Shown: one piece after another, positions 55,151 to 64,000 of the stretch
Layout of the letters: every line of letters starts with the position of its first letter
Numbering within the stretch: the stretch's first letter is position 1
Assembly: GCA_903847415.1 (NCBI GenBank)
Contig: CAINDR010000015.1
Location: 33,872 to 97,871, forward strand
Origin: Candidatus Falkowbacteria bacterium
GTDB lineage: Bacteria > Patescibacteriota > Patescibacteriia > Patescibacteriales > UBA12465
DNA length: 64,000 nucleotides
Direction: 5' to 3'
Notes under the pieces: generated by a model
The model's input: only the letters and a program-made list of their open reading frames with translations
The model's database searches: none
Told to the model about the DNA's origin: nothing
Translations under genes and position numbers: made by a program

Positions 55151-57802
55151 ATGATTAATAAAATACACAATCTTTTCAAGAAACTGCGACACATTAAGTC
55201 GAGAAATATTTTTGTGGCGTCGTTTATTTTGATTGTTGCTTTTTTTGTTGTTGGTTATACTAATGCCACAGTTGGCACGGCAATAGCCACCATGATTGGT
55301 TGGGTTCTTTTTGGGATCGCTTGGTCATTGGGGCAGCTTCTGGTTTTAATGATGGAAATCTTAGTCTGGATTGCTCAATGGAGTACTTTTATTTCTGCAC
55401 CAGCAGTTGGTTTTGGTTGGAAAATTGTTCGTGATATTTGCAATATGTTTTTCGTGGTGATTATGTTAGTGATTGCTTTTGCAACTGTTTTGCGGGTTGA
55501 AAAATATAGTTATGAGAAATTATTGCCAAAGCTAATTATCATGGCAATCCTAATTAATTTTTCAAAAATGATTTGTGGTCTGATTATTGATGTCTCTCAG
55601 GTGGTGATGTTAACTTTTGTGAATTCTTTTAAAGATGTTGCTGGTACAAATCTTACTCAGATGATGGGCCTAAACACTATCACTAGCATGAATGCAAATG
55701 ATGCAAATACTGATAGTGATGTAACCGGTTGGTCAATTCTAGGTGCTTATGTTTTAGCAATTATTTACATTATTATTAGTTTAATTACTATTATCACGAT
55801 GGTTTTGATGTTGGCGATGAGAATTGTGATGATGTGGATCTATGTTGTTTTATCGCCGATGGCCTATTTACTCGGAGCTTTCCCCGATGGGCAGAAGTAT
55901 GCCTCAAAATGGTGGACAGAATTTTCTCAGAATGTAATCGTTGGTCCAGTTTTAGCTTTTTTCATTTGGCTTTCTTTTGCTTCTCTCGGAGGTGTAACTG
56001 ATCAAGCTTCTATTGGTGGCGTGACTTCTGCAGCGCCAACGGGATCTGAGGTGACTGGTAGTAATAATGAAGGATCTGAATCCTTAACTGTAGCTGGCTC
56101 ACCCAATCACATGCTGAACTTTGTGATTTCAATTGCCATGCTTTATGGTGGACTTCAGATTAGTCAATCAATTGGCGGGGCAGCGGGTGGAATGGCAGGA
56201 AAGGGGATTAGTGCTATAAATCAGGGAAAGGGGATGATCACAAAACCAATCATGGCCGGAGCTTTAGCTGCCGGTCTTTATGCTAAAGGAAAAGGAATTC
56301 AGGGAGCAAAATGGACTGGAAGAATGGGCAAGACTGTTCTTGGTGGTCTTGATCGTATGGCTGGGGCAAAAGTTGATAAGTGGAGAAAAGATAAAAATGG
56401 TGTTATTAAAAAAGGACCAACTTTTGCTGGCGAAGGCTTAGTCTCTACAGGTGCTGGCTTTGTAGTTAATAGACCTAAAAATTGGTGGAACGAAAAGAAA
56501 GCTAAATGGAATAAGGACGATTCTTTGAATCAAAATCTAAGAACTTTTGGTGAAAATAAAAAAAGAGATAAAGATGCTTTCTTAAAACATGATAGTAAAG
56601 AATGGGACCTTCAAGCTAACGGCACATTTATCAATAGAGCTGACACAGATGAAGTTTTACGAGATAGTAAGGGTCGTGACGTCACAGAACTTTCACCAAT
56701 GAAATCAGCTTGGCAACAGGCTTGGCGTGACACCAATGGAAAGGCTCAATCTGAATCTAGTAAAAAACAAGAAAAAGAAATTTCTGAGAAACAACAACAA
56801 ATGGCTGACTCTAATCTTACTGTTGATGAAATGCTGCAGAAGTTTATGAGAGTTTCTACTTCAGCTACCGAGAAAATGGCTCTGGCAATGACTTTGGCGG
56901 CTAAGGGTGCTTTTGAAAACAAAGATCAGGTCAAAGCAGCCAAAGCGGCTGTTGGAAATAATTATGTTCTTGGTAAGAAAATTAATGATGAAATTGACAA
57001 GAACCAAGCTCACTTAAATTATGATTTTCAAAGCCCTGAAGGGATTGCTAAGTTTAAGGCGCGATATGATTTAGGGAAAATCGATGGCACAAGTTCAAAA
57101 GCCGCAGCTCTTGGAGATAACCATTATCTAGCAGCATTAGAAAGTCAACTTGGCCCAACTGAATTCCTAGAAGTTCTTAAAGCTAATGTTCGAAAAGGTG
57201 GCAGAAAATCTTCTGATGCTATTGAGGATGGTTTAAAAAAGATGGCCGCCGCAGCAGGAGGTAAGGGAGATAATACAGAAAAAAATAAAAAATTAGCAAT
57301 GGCTGCTAGTATTTCAGGGAAATTAGAGCAAATCTTTACTATTGATAACAATGGTACACAAACATTAGACGCAGACGCAATTACTCATCATTTTGCAAAT
57401 TCTGATGCCAGGGATGTTAATAAAATTGATAAGGCAGAGTTGGAGGCATCTTTTGGTTTAGGTGGTGGTTTGGCCGGAAGCGTTGGAGCTGAAATTAAGA
57501 GTGCTGTGATTGATGGTCTTGATGTAACAAAGCTATCGGCCATGCAAGCCGCTGGAGCAAAAACTGACGCTCTCAGGGAGTTGATTGAGGCGATTATGAG
57601 CAGTCAGGGAAATGATAGAAAGAAAGCTGATATTTTAGCAAATGCTAAGCTTCGGCCATTGATTGATACAAAATACATTCCTCCTGCACCAACTACATCC
57701 ACTGCTACGTCTGCTCCAATAACCACACCAGCTCAGTCTGTAAATCCAGCAGCTCGTTCACGACGACCAGGAGGATCAAATTATCGTCCCTCCAATCCTT
57801 AA
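55151..57802 (+). CDS. Polytopic membrane protein, VirB6/TrbL-like (putative), with long Lys/Ala-rich C-terminal extension
   Basis: Seven or more TM helices in the first 300 aa. Operon partner of VirB3-like and VirB4 genes. Confidence 0.35.
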   Translation: MINKIHNLFKKLRHIKSRNIFVASFILIVAFFVVGYTNATVGTAIATMIGWVLFGIAWSLGQLLVLMMEILVWIAQWSTFISAPAVGFGWKIVRDICNMFFVVIMLVIAFATVLRVEKYSYEKLLPKLIIMAILINFSKMICGLIIDVSQVVMLTFVNSFKDVAGTNLTQMMGLNTITSMNANDANTDSDVTGWSILGAYVLAIIYIIISLITIITMVLMLAMRIVMMWIYVVLSPMAYLLGAFPDGQKYASKWWTEFSQNVIVGPVLAFFIWLSFASLGGVTDQASIGGVTSAAPTGSEVTGSNNEGSESLTVAGSPNHMLNFVISIAMLYGGLQISQSIGGAAGGMAGKGISAINQGKGMITKPIMAGALAAGLYAKGKGIQGAKWTGRMGKTVLGGLDRMAGAKVDKWRKDKNGVIKKGPTFAGEGLVSTGAGFVVNRPKNWWNEKKAKWNKDDSLNQNLRTFGENKKRDKDAFLKHDSKEWDLQANGTFINRADTDEVLRDSKGRDVTELSPMKSAWQQAWRDTNGKAQSESSKKQEKEISEKQQQMADSNLTVDEMLQKFMRVSTSATEKMALAMTLAAKGAFENKDQVKAAKAAVGNNYVLGKKINDEIDKNQAHLNYDFQSPEGIAKFKARYDLGKIDGTSSKAAALGDNHYLAALESQLGPTEFLEVLKANVRKGGRKSSDAIEDGLKKMAAAAGGKGDNTEKNKKLAMAASISGKLEQIFTIDNNGTQTLDADAITHHFANSDARDVNKIDKAELEASFGLGGGLAGSVGAEIKSAVIDGLDVTKLSAMQAAGAKTDALRELIEAIMSSQGNDRKKADILANAKLRPLIDTKYIPPAPTTSTATSAPITTPAQSVNPAARSRRPGGSNYRPSNP

Positions 57803-57845
57803 TCAATATGGTAATCCTATCAATCCCTAATCTCAAAAATCACTT

Positions 57846-58907
57846 ATGATCACTTCAGAAAATCAATTGAATAATTTAGACCCTCAAGTATCTGAATTTT
57901 TAAATTCAATTATTCGAGGTTCTTTGACTGTTGAATTGGCTGAAAAATATAAACTTAGTAATAATCTAATTCCTTCAATTGTTGATTTGATTTTTAATGT
58001 GGCTAGTTCGCAGGTTTCTTTTTCGAAAATCCCTCAAGAATCAAGTAAATTATTTTCTCTTGATGACGCCACAGCTCTTTCTTTTTCCCTTGATTTGATT
58101 GGGCAAAACTTTCTTTTTTTGGCAAGTTATTTTCCAGAAATGATGCCCGTCTTTGAATCTCTCGGTGGTCAACCGGAAAAATATAGTGAAGTGATTGGAA
58201 GGATTAGCCAAGCTTTAGCGGAAGAGCGAAAATATTTCGCCAAACAATTAGAACCAGAAAAAGAATATGTTTTTCAAGAAAAAGTTGTTGAGGAAATTTT
58301 TGGACGTGAAGAATATATAGAAATTTTTCACCAGGGAGTTTTGCAATTTTTATTTAAAATTTCTGACGCTAGTACTGCCGAAGATTTTAACCGCGACCTT
58401 CTTCTTTTTCTTGTTGATCATCTTTCGGTGAAAAATGAACTATTCAAAGGCTTGATGAATAACCAGGAATTACTTGGTGAACAAAGGATCATTTTAGAAA
58501 ATAAGAACGTCGACCAGACTATTGCTAATTGGTTAAAAGATTTTATTAAAGAAAAGGGAAGTGATTTATTTGATGAGTTAATTCTAGCCGAATATTTAAC
58601 CAGCTCTAGAAATCCAAAAAGTCTATCTAGCGATGGCAAAGATTTGCTTCGGAGGGTTTTGAAGCTATATCGCAATATTGCTTTTTTTCCAGAAAGCCAA
58701 GGAAACCTTGATCCTGAAAAATGGCAAATTTTGCCGTTTACTGATAATGACGAACGACTTGATTCTTCGGCAAAAAACTTCACAACAAGACATGAAAATT
58801 CTTTGCGTCAAGAACTAGAATTATCACTAAAAACTTTCCCCGTCGGCAGTTTGGAGCATCGCGCAGCCAGCGAAGAATTAGCTCGTTTGGATAAAAATAT
58901 TAATTAG
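57846..58907 (+). CDS. Hypothetical protein
   Basis: 353 aa, in the operon. Confidence 0.25.
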   Translation: MITSENQLNNLDPQVSEFLNSIIRGSLTVELAEKYKLSNNLIPSIVDLIFNVASSQVSFSKIPQESSKLFSLDDATALSFSLDLIGQNFLFLASYFPEMMPVFESLGGQPEKYSEVIGRISQALAEERKYFAKQLEPEKEYVFQEKVVEEIFGREEYIEIFHQGVLQFLFKISDASTAEDFNRDLLLFLVDHLSVKNELFKGLMNNQELLGEQRIILENKNVDQTIANWLKDFIKEKGSDLFDELILAEYLTSSRNPKSLSSDGKDLLRRVLKLYRNIAFFPESQGNLDPEKWQILPFTDNDERLDSSAKNFTTRHENSLRQELELSLKTFPVGSLEHRAASEELARLDKNIN

Positions 58908-58914
58908 GGACAAA

Positions 58915-60498
58915 ATGTTTGATTATTTGCAACAATTTAATCGTTTGGCTAAAGAATTACGTGATTCTGTTTCCTCATCAGAAGCAATGAAATCTTTAGA
59001 TGAAATCGAAGCTAAATATGGAGTTAAACTCGCTTCGGTAGTTATGAGAATAATGGTTAAGGATTTACCACTCCTAAAATTACCACTTTTTTTGGCTTCC
59101 GAATTTTCTCTTAACGAAGAAGATGCTAAAAAAATTGTTGATGATTTAAAGAATAGTGTTTTTAAAAAAGTTTCTTCCTATTTGGGTTTTGTACCAGTAA
59201 TTAAACCAGAAAATCTTGATGATAAAATTAGTAATATTTTGCAAGCCGGAGCGCTTTCTTTTGCTAGTCAAAATTTAGTTGATCGTTTTAAATCAGCGGC
59301 GAAAACTTATTTACATGGTGTTCGGGGAAAGATTGATACTCGCTTAATTTTGCAAAAGAGTGTTGATGCTGGCGGGCTCGGGTTATCAACTGAAAAGACC
59401 GATCAAATTTTAGCTCTTTTAGACGGTAATTTGCCACCAGTTGTGGTGGCTAAAAAGTCATCAGCGCTTGATGACTTAATTGCCAAAAGTGTTATTCAAC
59501 CAGAATATAGTTTGGCGGCAGCAATTGAAGAAAGAAAAAAGAAACTTCTTGCCAAAAAAGAACTTCAAGCAGGAGAAGATGTTTTAGATTTTCCACTTCA
59601 TCAGACGCAAAAAGATCTTCCTTTGCCAGAAAATTTGCCATTTGCTGAACTTAAAAAAGAAATCCCCAAATTGAGCAAAATAGAAGTGCCGGTCGTTAAA
59701 AAAGATGATGAAATTGCTAGTCCAGAAGAGATTGAAGCTTTTTTGAAGAAAATTTCTCAAAATCAACAGCCAGAAGAAACGGTTAAGCCAGTCGAAGAGA
59801 AAATTTCTGCACCAACCCCAATAGTTAAGGTTGTTGAAGAAAAAAAAGAACAAGAACCGCCGACACCGGTCAACAAAGTTGTTGCTCCAACTCCTTTGCC
59901 AGATTTAAAAAAAGTTGAAACTCCTCTTATTGAAAAAGAACTGGCCAATGGAGAAATAAAGATTAACGTCCAACAAACAGCAAAAGAGATTTCTGCTGGA
60001 ACCCCAGAAATTAATAGCAATGGAATTAGTTTTCAGGCGATTCCCACCAACAAACTACTAGAACCAACTAGAATAATTCCACCAGTTGCCGCCCCGACTT
60101 TAAAAGTAGCACCACTTAGCTCTGTTGGTGTCCAGGGAAAAACTCGCATGGATGACGTGAAGGCAGCACCACGAATTATGGGGCCAATTGAAGAGTTGCG
60201 ATTTTTGGATTTAGTTAGTTTTCGTCGTTTATCTCATAACCCCGGAGAAGCTACTGCTAAGATTTTTGCTAAAATAAAATTATTAGAAAAGGCTGGTTAT
60301 GATCGAATGACCTCGGGAATTGCAGCTTGGCGACAAAGTGAAACCAGTCATCTTTATTTAAAGATGTGTCACGATTCCGCTTTTCAAGCCAAACCTTTGA
60401 CGGAAATTATTAAAAGTTATCAGGCTAAGAATGAAGATTATTTAACTCAAGAAGAGATTGATTCAATTATGGCCCTTAATGCCAAGCTTCTTTTTTAA
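58915..60498 (+). CDS. Hypothetical protein with Pro/Glu/Lys-rich repeat linker
   Basis: 527 aa. Repeats of PEETVKPVEEK, APTPIVKVVEEKK and PPTPVNKVVAPTP. Confidence 0.25.
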   Translation: MFDYLQQFNRLAKELRDSVSSSEAMKSLDEIEAKYGVKLASVVMRIMVKDLPLLKLPLFLASEFSLNEEDAKKIVDDLKNSVFKKVSSYLGFVPVIKPENLDDKISNILQAGALSFASQNLVDRFKSAAKTYLHGVRGKIDTRLILQKSVDAGGLGLSTEKTDQILALLDGNLPPVVVAKKSSALDDLIAKSVIQPEYSLAAAIEERKKKLLAKKELQAGEDVLDFPLHQTQKDLPLPENLPFAELKKEIPKLSKIEVPVVKKDDEIASPEEIEAFLKKISQNQQPEETVKPVEEKISAPTPIVKVVEEKKEQEPPTPVNKVVAPTPLPDLKKVETPLIEKELANGEIKINVQQTAKEISAGTPEINSNGISFQAIPTNKLLEPTRIIPPVAAPTLKVAPLSSVGVQGKTRMDDVKAAPRIMGPIEELRFLDLVSFRRLSHNPGEATAKIFAKIKLLEKAGYDRMTSGIAAWRQSETSHLYLKMCHDSAFQAKPLTEIIKSYQAKNEDYLTQEEIDSIMALNAKLLF

Positions 60499-60501
60499 GT
60501 T

Positions 60502-60966
60502 ATGCAACAGTTCACCGTCCCCCAATTTATTGATGTTGAAAGTAAGATTATCGGACCAATTACTGTCCGTCAGTTTTTGATTTTTCTTGGTTTTGGGGTT
60601 TTCATTGCTTTGTTTTATCGAATTTTTGATTTCGCTTTATTTCTTACCACCTCAATTCCGTCGGCAATTTTAGCAGTGATGTTTGCTTTCGCAAAAATTA
60701 ATGGCCGGCCTTTGCATCTTTTCTTGATTAGTATGCTCCAAACTTGGCGGCGCCCAGGAATTAGGGTTTGGAATAATAAAAATAATATTGTTGAAGAGGA
60801 AAAGAAAATTTATATTTTTAATGAAAAATTACCAACCAAGGAATTCTATCATCGTTCTCGTTTAGCGGAACTTTCTTTAATTGTTGATACTTCCGGAGAG
60901 TATCGTGGGACCTGGGAAGATGATAATGACATCATGGATGATCATGAAAGTGGTGTTAATCTTTAA
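60502..60966 (+). CDS. VirB3/PrgI-like small membrane protein (putative)
   Basis: 154 aa. Two TM segments early in the protein. Two genes upstream of VirB4 (VirB3 usually directly precedes VirB4). Confidence 0.3.
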   Translation: MQQFTVPQFIDVESKIIGPITVRQFLIFLGFGVFIALFYRIFDFALFLTTSIPSAILAVMFAFAKINGRPLHLFLISMLQTWRRPGIRVWNNKNNIVEEEKKIYIFNEKLPTKEFYHRSRLAELSLIVDTSGEYRGTWEDDNDIMDDHESGVNL

Positions 60967-60971
60967 GTTTT

Positions 60972-61655
60972 ATGGATAAACCAGACAAATTAGCAAAAAA
61001 TAAAATCAGCGTTTCCACTCAGCAGTATTTGAATATCAATGAGATCAAGGGAGATAGCGTGATAATGCGTGATGGCACAATGCGGGCAGTCTTGTTAGCT
61101 TCCAGTATTAACTTTGCCCTGAAGAGTGAAGATGAGCAGAATGCCGTGATTGAGTCCTATATTCGTTTTTTGAATAATTTAACTTTTTCTTTGCAAGTGG
61201 TAATTCAGTCTCGAGAATTAAATATCTCTTCCTATCTAGAATACTTAAAAGAGAAAGAAAAAGAACAAACCAATCGTCTCTTAAAAATGCAGACTGGTGA
61301 TTACATTGATTACATTCAAGAATTAACTTCAATTGGAAAAATCATGAACAAACGTTTTTACGTGGTTGTTCCTTATAGTCCACTTTCCGATAAGCACAAA
61401 AGTACTCTTGGTTTATTGACCGAATCTTTGAAGCCAGCTACTTCTGTTAAATTGAAAGATAAGAAATTTTTAGAATACAAAGAAATGCTTGATCGACGAG
61501 TGGAAAGTGTTGTTGGTAGTTTGGAGGCCATGGGAGTTAAAACAGTGCGATTGGATACCCAAGGATTAATTGAGCTTTATTATAATACTTATAATCCAGA
61601 AACCGCTAAAAACCAAGCGTTAGTTGATTTAAATAAACTCCGCGTAGAAAGATAA
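60972..61655 (+). CDS. Hypothetical T4SS-associated protein
   Basis: 227 aa. Tightly coupled between the VirB3-like and VirB4 genes. Confidence 0.25.
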   Translation: MDKPDKLAKNKISVSTQQYLNINEIKGDSVIMRDGTMRAVLLASSINFALKSEDEQNAVIESYIRFLNNLTFSLQVVIQSRELNISSYLEYLKEKEKEQTNRLLKMQTGDYIDYIQELTSIGKIMNKRFYVVVPYSPLSDKHKSTLGLLTESLKPATSVKLKDKKFLEYKEMLDRRVESVVGSLEAMGVKTVRLDTQGLIELYYNTYNPETAKNQALVDLNKLRVER

Positions 61656-61656
61656 T

Positions 61657-63576
61657 ATGATTAATTTCAAAAATAACAATCAGCTTTCAGAGGATTCCTC
61701 GAAAAAACCGGATGTTTTAGATCGGATTATCGATCAAGGACAAAGGAGGACGACAGACAGTCTGGAGTCTGACCCAAAATTAACCAGGGAAATTATTGAA
61801 GAAGAAAAAGCATTTCGTCTTGGTATTTTGTCGGTTCGTGATCTGATTTCCCCCGCTAGCATGAAGGTTGATTCAACTTTTTTGCGCCTAGGATCTCGAT
61901 ATGTTAGAACTTTTTTTGTGGTTAATTATCCTAGATATATTAGCGTTGGTTGGTTTGCCCCAATTATCAACTTAAATTTAAATTTTGATGTTTCCATGTT
62001 TTTTTATCCAGTGAAGAGTGCTGTGATTTTAAAACAACTTCGAAATCGAGTTGGTGCTCTGGAAGCTCAGATCGCTGGTGATGCTGACAAAGGAGCGGCT
62101 CGTGACCCAATGAGAGAAACAGCGTTAAGGGATATCGAATATTTGCGAGATGCTTTGACGCAGGGGACTGAGAAATTTTTTCAATTTGCTCTTTATGTCA
62201 CCGCTTACGCCAATGATTTAGAGGAATTGGATCGGATTTCTGATCAGGTTGAGGATATTTTTGGCTCTCGTCTGGTTTATTCAAAACGAGTATTTTTTCA
62301 AGCAGAGCAAGGATTTAATTCAACCTTACCATTAGGAGACGATGAGTTGTACATTACCTTTAACATGAATTCTTCACCGATTGCTTCTTCCTTTCCTTTT
62401 ATTTCTAGTGAACTTTCTAGTGATCGGGGAATTCTTTACGGAATCAATCGGCACAATAATAGTTTGATTCTTTTTGATCGCTTTTCTTTGCAGAATGCTA
62501 ATTCAGTGGTGTTTGCGACTTCTGGTGCGGGAAAAAGTTATGCAATTAAGCTTGAGGTTTTAAGATCCTTGATGTTAGGGACGGATGTGATTATCATTGA
62601 TCCAGAGTATGAATATAAACATCTTTCAGATGCAGTTGGCGGAACTTATATTAATATCTCTCTTTCTAGTGACAATCGGATTAATCCTTTTGATTTACCC
62701 CGTTCAATTGGCGGAGAAGCTAGACCAAAGGATATCATTCGAAGTGCGGTTATCACCTTGAAAGGTCTGGTTCGCTTAATGATTGGTAAGCTGACTTATG
62801 ATGAGGATTCAGTTGTTGATCGAGCTCTTTTAGAAACTTATGCTAAAAAAGATATTACTCCGGACGCTGATCTCAGTAAAATCGAGGCTCCAACGATGAG
62901 TGATTTTGAGCAAGTTCTAGAAGGCATGGAGGGTGGTGCCGATCTGGCTTTAAGATTAAAAAAATATACTGAAGGAACTTTTGCTGGTTTATTGAATAAT
63001 TTTACGAATGTGGAGATGGATAATCAGCTCGTTAGTTTTTCAGTTCGTGATTTGGAAGATGAACTGCGACCAATTGCGATTTACACTATTGTTAATTATA
63101 TCTGGAACGTTGTTCGCAGTGAGACTAAAAAAAGAATTTTAGTAATTGATGAAGCTTGGTGGATGATGCAAAACGAAGATTCCGCGAAGTTTATTTTTGC
63201 CTTAGTAAAGAGATGCCGTAAATATTATTTAGGGGTAACAACCATTACTCAGGATGTTAATGACTTTTTAACCTCGCCCTACGGAAAAGCGATTGTAACT
63301 AACTCATCTTTGCAGATTCTTTTAAAGCAATCACCAGCGGCAATTGAATTAATTCAAAAAACCTTTTTGTTGACTGAAGGTGAAAAATATCTACTTTTAG
63401 AATGTGGATTAGGAGAGGGAATTTTCTTTGCTGGGAATAAACATGTCGCAATGAAAGTGGTGGCATCCTATTCTGAGGATCAGTTAATTACTTCCGACCC
63501 ACGTCAATTGTTGGAAATTGAAGAAGCTAAAAAAGAATATGAAAAAAGTGTCAGAGAAGAAGAGGCGGCTGCCTAG
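61657..63576 (+). CDS. Type IV secretion system ATPase VirB4/TrbE/TraC family
   Basis: Walker A ATSGAGKSY and Walker B ILVIDEAWWMM (DEAW). VirB4-type N-terminal region RTFFVVNYPRYISVGWF. Confidence 0.8.
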   Translation: MINFKNNNQLSEDSSKKPDVLDRIIDQGQRRTTDSLESDPKLTREIIEEEKAFRLGILSVRDLISPASMKVDSTFLRLGSRYVRTFFVVNYPRYISVGWFAPIINLNLNFDVSMFFYPVKSAVILKQLRNRVGALEAQIAGDADKGAARDPMRETALRDIEYLRDALTQGTEKFFQFALYVTAYANDLEELDRISDQVEDIFGSRLVYSKRVFFQAEQGFNSTLPLGDDELYITFNMNSSPIASSFPFISSELSSDRGILYGINRHNNSLILFDRFSLQNANSVVFATSGAGKSYAIKLEVLRSLMLGTDVIIIDPEYEYKHLSDAVGGTYINISLSSDNRINPFDLPRSIGGEARPKDIIRSAVITLKGLVRLMIGKLTYDEDSVVDRALLETYAKKDITPDADLSKIEAPTMSDFEQVLEGMEGGADLALRLKKYTEGTFAGLLNNFTNVEMDNQLVSFSVRDLEDELRPIAIYTIVNYIWNVVRSETKKRILVIDEAWWMMQNEDSAKFIFALVKRCRKYYLGVTTITQDVNDFLTSPYGKAIVTNSSLQILLKQSPAAIELIQKTFLLTEGEKYLLLECGLGEGIFFAGNKHVAMKVVASYSEDQLITSDPRQLLEIEEAKKEYEKSVREEEAAA

Positions 63577-63601
63577 ATTATTTTTTTAAATTTAAAAATA
63601 T

Positions 63602-64000
63602 ATGATGGAGAATAAGAAGAAAGTTAGTTTTTTAATCATGGCACTTGCCTTGATCATGATCGCTCTAATTGTTTGGTTTGTGGTAAGTAGAAATAAAAAA
63701 GCTGCTCTTAACGAACAGGTGCTTGATCAAAATGGTCAAATTGTTGGTTCGGACAAGCTAATTAATACCAGTACTCCAGGTAATCAACCTCGTGATTATC
63801 GTAAATTTGATGTCTCCAAAGAACCAAAAAGAGAAGCAGATGCTGAGGCAGTCAAAAAAATTGCGATGTCTTTTGCGGAACGATTTGGGTCATTTTCAAA
63901 TCATTCTAATTATGCAAATATTGAAGATTTAAAAATTTTTATGACGAAAAGTATGTCCGAGTGGGCAGAAAAATATTTACTTGATTTGAAGAAAGAAAAA
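63602..64000 (+). CDS. Hypothetical membrane-anchored protein, 3' end outside window
   Basis: Open to the window end. N-terminal TM ALALIMIALIVWFVV. Confidence 0.3.
   Translation, partial: MMENKKKVSFLIMALALIMIALIVWFVVSRNKKAALNEQVLDQNGQIVGSDKLINTSTPGNQPRDYRKFDVSKEPKREADAEAVKKIAMSFAERFGSFSNHSNYANIEDLKIFMTKSMSEWAEKYLLDLKKEK

Noticed and set aside
1-64000. CRISPR array or cas genes.
   Set aside because: No regularly spaced direct repeats of 24-48 bp were seen anywhere, and no Cas-like proteins appear among the translations.

Overview
Low-GC, gene-dense window with almost every gene on the + strand. The gene content (small secreted or membrane proteins, FtsEX, a type IV secretion-like operon, a class III RNR) suggests a Patescibacteria/CPR-like bacterium, but this is not proven. 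Layout:

- **1-24,060: phage-derived element.** Capsid/connector/tail module, holin and amidase endolysin, then an accessory island (HTH protein, complete type I R-M hsdMSR, a membrane-anchored HerA/FtsK-like ATPase, a PD-(D/E)xK nuclease-like protein, two unknowns), ending in a tyrosine integrase followed by a perfect palindrome.
- **24.4-37.2 kb: host housekeeping.** nrdR, nrdD, a separate small ORF carrying the NrdD glycyl-radical motif, nrdG, an FtsK/HerA/TraD-superfamily ATPase with a Zn-ribbon, a DEDDh exonuclease, a GT2 glycosyltransferase, FtsB-like, MscS, tRNA-Thr(CGT, minus strand), an RlpA-DacA fusion, ftsEX, tRNA-Gln(TTG).
- **37.3-39.5 kb:** four small orphan genes downstream of the tRNA.
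- **39.5-42.5 kb:** zur (His6) and znuABC.
- **42.5-50.4 kb (most interesting):** two paralogous ECF sigma / membrane anti-sigma-like pairs bracket a 5.3-kb insert. The insert holds a secreted Cys-rich peptide and a tightly coupled operon: a structured noncoding region flanked by a perfect 12-bp inverted repeat ending 6 nt before a reverse transcriptase, then a degenerate ABC-exporter-like membrane ATPase, a PLD-family (HKD) protein and a small membrane protein. This looks like a retron-like RT/ncRNA defence system with an effector set I do not recognise from described retron, DRT or Abi systems.
- **50.5-54.3 kb:** MacAB-like tripartite efflux genes.
- **54.4 kb to end:** a VirB6-like, VirB3-like, VirB4 type IV secretion-like operon.

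All calls come from reading the sequence and translations. No database search or RNA-folding computation was run.
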